In this document: positions 58,354 to 64,000 of the stretch, in pieces
Numbering within the stretch: the first letter of the stretch is position 1
Layout: each line of letters begins with the position of its first letter
DNA from: Eledone cirrhosa
Lineage: Eukaryota
Direction of reading: 5' to 3'
Length of the DNA stretch: 64,000 nucleotides
Assembly (NCBI GenBank): GCA_964016885.1
Contig: OZ024742.1
Location: 330,646,001-330,710,000, forward strand
The notes under the pieces: generated by a model
The model's input: the letters and a program-made list of their open reading frames with translations, nothing else
The model's database searches: none
What the model was told of the DNA's origin: nothing
Program-made: the position numbers and the translations under genes

Positions 58354-59375
58354 GAAATATAACTAAACTCCAAGTTGTAAGTATTTAGTCATTGTTTGCA
58401 TCAGAAGTGACCTTTACTATGCAAATGGAATTCCACACTGCAAGACGCCTTCTCACCAGCACTGCTAAGCACACCCATGATCTTGTACTTCTCTGTTACC
58501 TATCCACGCACGACCATTTGAATACATAACATCCACACTAAATATTACTCGCTTTTACATTACACACACATATACACATGTATACACACACACACACATA
58601 CACACACACATATAAATATATATACACACAATCAAATTTATAAGTATGCTAATTTAATACGTACATATTTAACAACGATACACATGCAAAATAAGTACAT
58701 CCTATATTTAACTTTTTCAATGTGTATATATGTAATCTTCCGTGAGGGTGTGGGCATATGTGTCTGTTTGTGCATGAGTGTCTGTATTTATGTAGGTACT
58801 TACATCTTATTTCATTTACATGTTTCCTCTTATGATTATGTTTTTATTGTAATCGTCATGTATTTGTGTTTGAGTTCCTCTTGTTTAGTGTATATGTAAA
58901 CACTTAATATCCGTGATTTATGTGTATCCATTTCAGCATGGCAAGTAAGCAAACATATATCATTTTTGTTGATTTGTGTGTGCTATTTATTTATACATGT
59001 GCTTTTGCGTGGGTGTTTACTTTTGTATGAGTATGTTTTGAGCGAGTGTGTGGGTTTTTGTTTCTGCATGGACTTGTGTACGTAGAAAACATCAAACATT
59101 AACTTTAGAGTAATATTAAGTATCATTACATGTATAATTTTAACAATACTTGTCGAAAATACACGATATTTCAAATAGCCTTTTTTCTCTTTATCAACTA
59201 AACTTCTATTTTTTTGACAAATTCGCACATACAAGATTGAGAACGTGCTTGTAGTAATATGATATTCACACACACAAACACGTGATATATATAGACATAT
59301 CTATTTATCTATCTACCTATCTATCTCACTATATCTATATAGACGCTCACACACGCTCACACACACACATACACA

Positions 59376-59415
<40 letters not shown>

Positions 59416-59416
59416 C

Positions 59417-59479
<63 letters not shown>

Positions 59480-59819
59480 AACAGCGAATTCAGAAGACGT
59501 TCACTGTTGATAAATCAGTTCATTGTTTTACGATCGATTCAGAAGGTAGATTGATCATAAATCGACAGAGTTAACTATTCCGTAGTAGCTGTGTAACTCC
59601 ATGGTATTAGCCTTGATACTAAGGATCCATCTTGATAAAATGAATGAACTGGAATATATACATATTTTAAATTATTGAAGAAAGAAGAAATACAGAGAGA
59701 AAACAGATGAAGGAAAAGATAGTTACTATATATAATTTGTTGGGATTCAACAAGCCTAGCGAATTGTATAAGTGATATAAGGCACTCAACAGTTTGTGGA
59801 GTAAATACACAATATATTA

Positions 59820-59878
59820 ATAAATGGAAAGTATATTTAAATATATGGTTTTATAAATATATTTTCCATTACTAATAT

Positions 59879-59909
<31 letters not shown>

Positions 59910-60021
59910 TGTATATATATATATATATTGTAGATATATATATATATATATTGTATATATATAAATATTGTATATATATATATATTGTATATATATATAT
60001 ATATTAATATATATATATACA

Positions 60022-60052
<31 letters not shown>

Positions 60053-60063
60053 CATATATATAC

Positions 60064-60094
<31 letters not shown>

Positions 60095-60102
60095 CATAGA
60101 TA

Positions 60103-60197
<95 letters not shown>

Positions 60198-60206
60198 ACA
60201 TATAGG

Positions 60207-60262
<56 letters not shown>

Positions 60263-60300
60263 TATATACATATAGGTATGTATATATATATATATGTGTT

Positions 60301-60332
<32 letters not shown>

Positions 60333-60340
60333 CATATAGG

Positions 60341-60417
<77 letters not shown>

Positions 60418-60478
60418 TTATATATATATTTATATGTACATAAAAAAAAAATATATATATATATATTTGTATATATTA

Positions 60479-60516
<38 letters not shown>

Positions 60517-60540
60517 CCTATATGTATATATATATATCCG
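59820..60540. repeat. Long interrupted (TA)n tract
   Basis: Direct reading. Confidence 0.95.
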
Positions 60541-60909
60541 CTATTTATCCACGACAATCCATATCTCCCTCCCTATGCTTATACTATAAACATTATTCCT
60601 CCTTGTCACTCTATCCTTGAGCGATTCTCTTTTGATTTCTATACTTCTAGTAACGATCTTTTCCTTCATCTGTTTTCTCTCAGTCTTTCTTCTTAATTCA
60701 ATAATTTAAATTATTTAAATCTATAACAGTTATGTAAATTGCTATTATGTATGTTTAAGCTTTCTCACACGCAGCCTCTCTATTATATGTAATTGTTTCA
60801 TGTGTCAATCTCAAGGTATATAAATATTGAGTTTTGTCATAAATTATTCACTACCATGACTGAATCTTAACCATCTACTAAGTCAGGGTATGTCATGCAT
60901 CATCTTATG

Positions 60910-60968
60910 TTATCTGATGAGGACGTACTGTTGAAGATAGATCAGTACCTCTGAAATATGTATGATAA
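60910..60968 (+). ncRNA. Hammerhead motif of a solo PLE 3' end (family of 31.5-35.5 kb element); cleavage triplet mutated
   Basis: ttat-CTGATGA-ggacgtactg...cagtacctct-GAAA-tatgta-TG-ataa. Upstream cttaaccat...tcagggtatgtcatg matches 35380-35410. Confidence 0.7.
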
Positions 60969-61019
60969 AATATACTTCATCATAAGAACGTCTATTTTTG
61001 TTAATATTTTGAATTAATA

Positions 61020-61480
<461 letters not shown>

Positions 61481-61563
61481 TAATAATAATAAAATTGAAG
61501 TCTAAAATCCAGAGAGGGCTCGATAAGGAAAATATATATCAAATATATAAGAACCGAAGAGCA

Positions 61564-62918
61564 AATATTTATTAAAATAACAGATTGAAGTTAACCGCCA
61601 ATAGTTTCAAGCAGCGTCTTTACATGCATACCCATTCTTTTCGTTACCCTCTAAGAAGGAATATGACGTCACTTTCAGCTTATATCTGGAGTCTAAAAGA
61701 CAACCACACCCAATATAAGTTACACTGGGAGATCCTAGCTGGGGCTAGATCGTATAACGGAAATAAAAGACCATGTGACCTCTGCGCCGCTGAGGCCCTG
61801 GAAATACTCTACGCCACAGACCACATCTTAAACAAAAAATCTGAGGCAATTTCGGCTTGTAAACATAAATTCCACAAAACTTTCCTGTATTACAGCCCTA
61901 CGTTATACCCTAACGGATAGCACGATCTATACGTGGATATTTTCGTCTTGATGTGGGAGCTAAGTATATGTTTTGTTTATTCCTTTACTTTTTGCATAGG
62001 TAAGTATATATTACCCGTATGTTTTGTGAAGGTATGTATACCTTCTCGTACGTATATTTGACTGTTTTGGCGTATAATTTTTACATATTCTGGTATTTAG
62101 GGCTTGGTTATGTGTATATGGGAGTTTTGCGTCTGCGTGGGTATGCAGGTTCGTACGTATGGTGGGTGTGTGTATATGTGTACGTCTTGTTTTAGTTGAC
62201 TTACGTCTCCGAACCTTCATGTATTTATTTGTAGGTATGTGTGTGCGCTTGTTATATACGTATTTATTTACTTATATACGTTGATATAATTATTTATTTA
62301 TTTGTACATAAGCATACACACATACACATATTTATATCGCGTGGTTTTGTATACCTATGGTAAGGTTTTGCGTATGCTTGTGTATGTACGTATCTGTTTG
62401 CGTGTATGTATTTATTTGTTCCTATTACTTCTGTAATGTATTTATTTACTTTGTTCTTAACTCTGTAGCGGAGATTCATTCGGTCTCCTAGTTAGAATTT
62501 TAGTCAACGACTTCTGCTATACCATTTACGTGGTTTTGTCTTTGCACGCTATTGTTCCCCACGCTCCACATATGACTTATTATCTTCGTTTTTTCGTTCA
62601 TTGCCAGAGAACGTCTCTATGCACCACTTAGAGAACATTAGTCTACGACCTCTTTTATACCATAAACGTGGTTCTGTCCTTGCACGTAATTGTTTTTCAC
62701 CGCTACTATTAATGACGTATTATTCGTTTTTTTTTCCCGTTCTTTGCCAGCGAACGTCACCATGAACCAAAGTATCGTCTTCCTGTCTTCCTCCGGTTGC
62801 AACGTTTTTTGAAATATCCAGTTCTGCGTTTACAGATTGACTTTGTTAGTTTCAGAAGATCCCGTTAAGGGTGAAAGCAGCGATTCTTTGCTTAAACTTT
62901 AATCTGTTATTTTAATAA

Positions 62919-62922
<4 letters not shown>
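61564..62922 (+). mobile_element. Severely 5'-truncated Naiad-like PLE: GIY-YIG C-terminal fragment (61592-61920), 3' UTR with ~139-bp tandem duplication (62507-62770), and a short inverted 3'-end copy at the 5' junction
   Basis: TANSFKQRLYMH..SF...TSLSAYIWSLK..HW.IL..A..YN...PCDLC..E...LNKKSE...CKH. atatttattaaaataacagatt.aagtt (61565-61592) is the reverse complement of 62895-62922. Confidence 0.88.
62848..62898 (+). ncRNA. Type I hammerhead at the PLE 3' end (core U4>A substitution)
   Basis: agttt-CAGAAGA-tccc gttaa gggt-GAAA-gca gcgattctt tgc-TT-aaact. Related fragments are at ~17867-17908 and ~27422-27470 (minus strand). Confidence 0.72.

Positions 62923-64000
<1,078 letters not shown>

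Overview
AT-rich, microsatellite-dense animal DNA; the SINE family and the repeat landscape suggest an octopod cephalopod (inference). No intact host gene can be supported, and almost every short ORF in the track is translated (TA)n, (CA)n or (GA)n. The window is dominated by decayed retroelements. There are six Penelope-like element (PLE) coding remnants of two types: Neptune-like at 2.5-4.9 kb and 38.7-39.9 kb, and Naiad-like at 12.5-14.6, 32.3-33.8, 41.1-42.1 and 61.6-61.9 kb. There is also an RTE-type LINE 3' end, an older LINE RT relic and several tRNA-derived Nin/Deu-domain SINEs. The main hidden signal is RNA structure. Reading by eye gives roughly 20 type I hammerhead ribozyme (HHR) motifs, intact to degenerate, from many unrelated repeat families. 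They include covarying U3:A8 core variants, forms with very long stem II, and a ~320-bp HHR-like tandem array resembling a retrozyme. Most sit at PLE 3' ends or inside fold-back palindromes and inverted repeats (0.1-2.5 kb), usually bordered by (TA)n. All ribozyme calls are manual base-pairing, not computed or tested.
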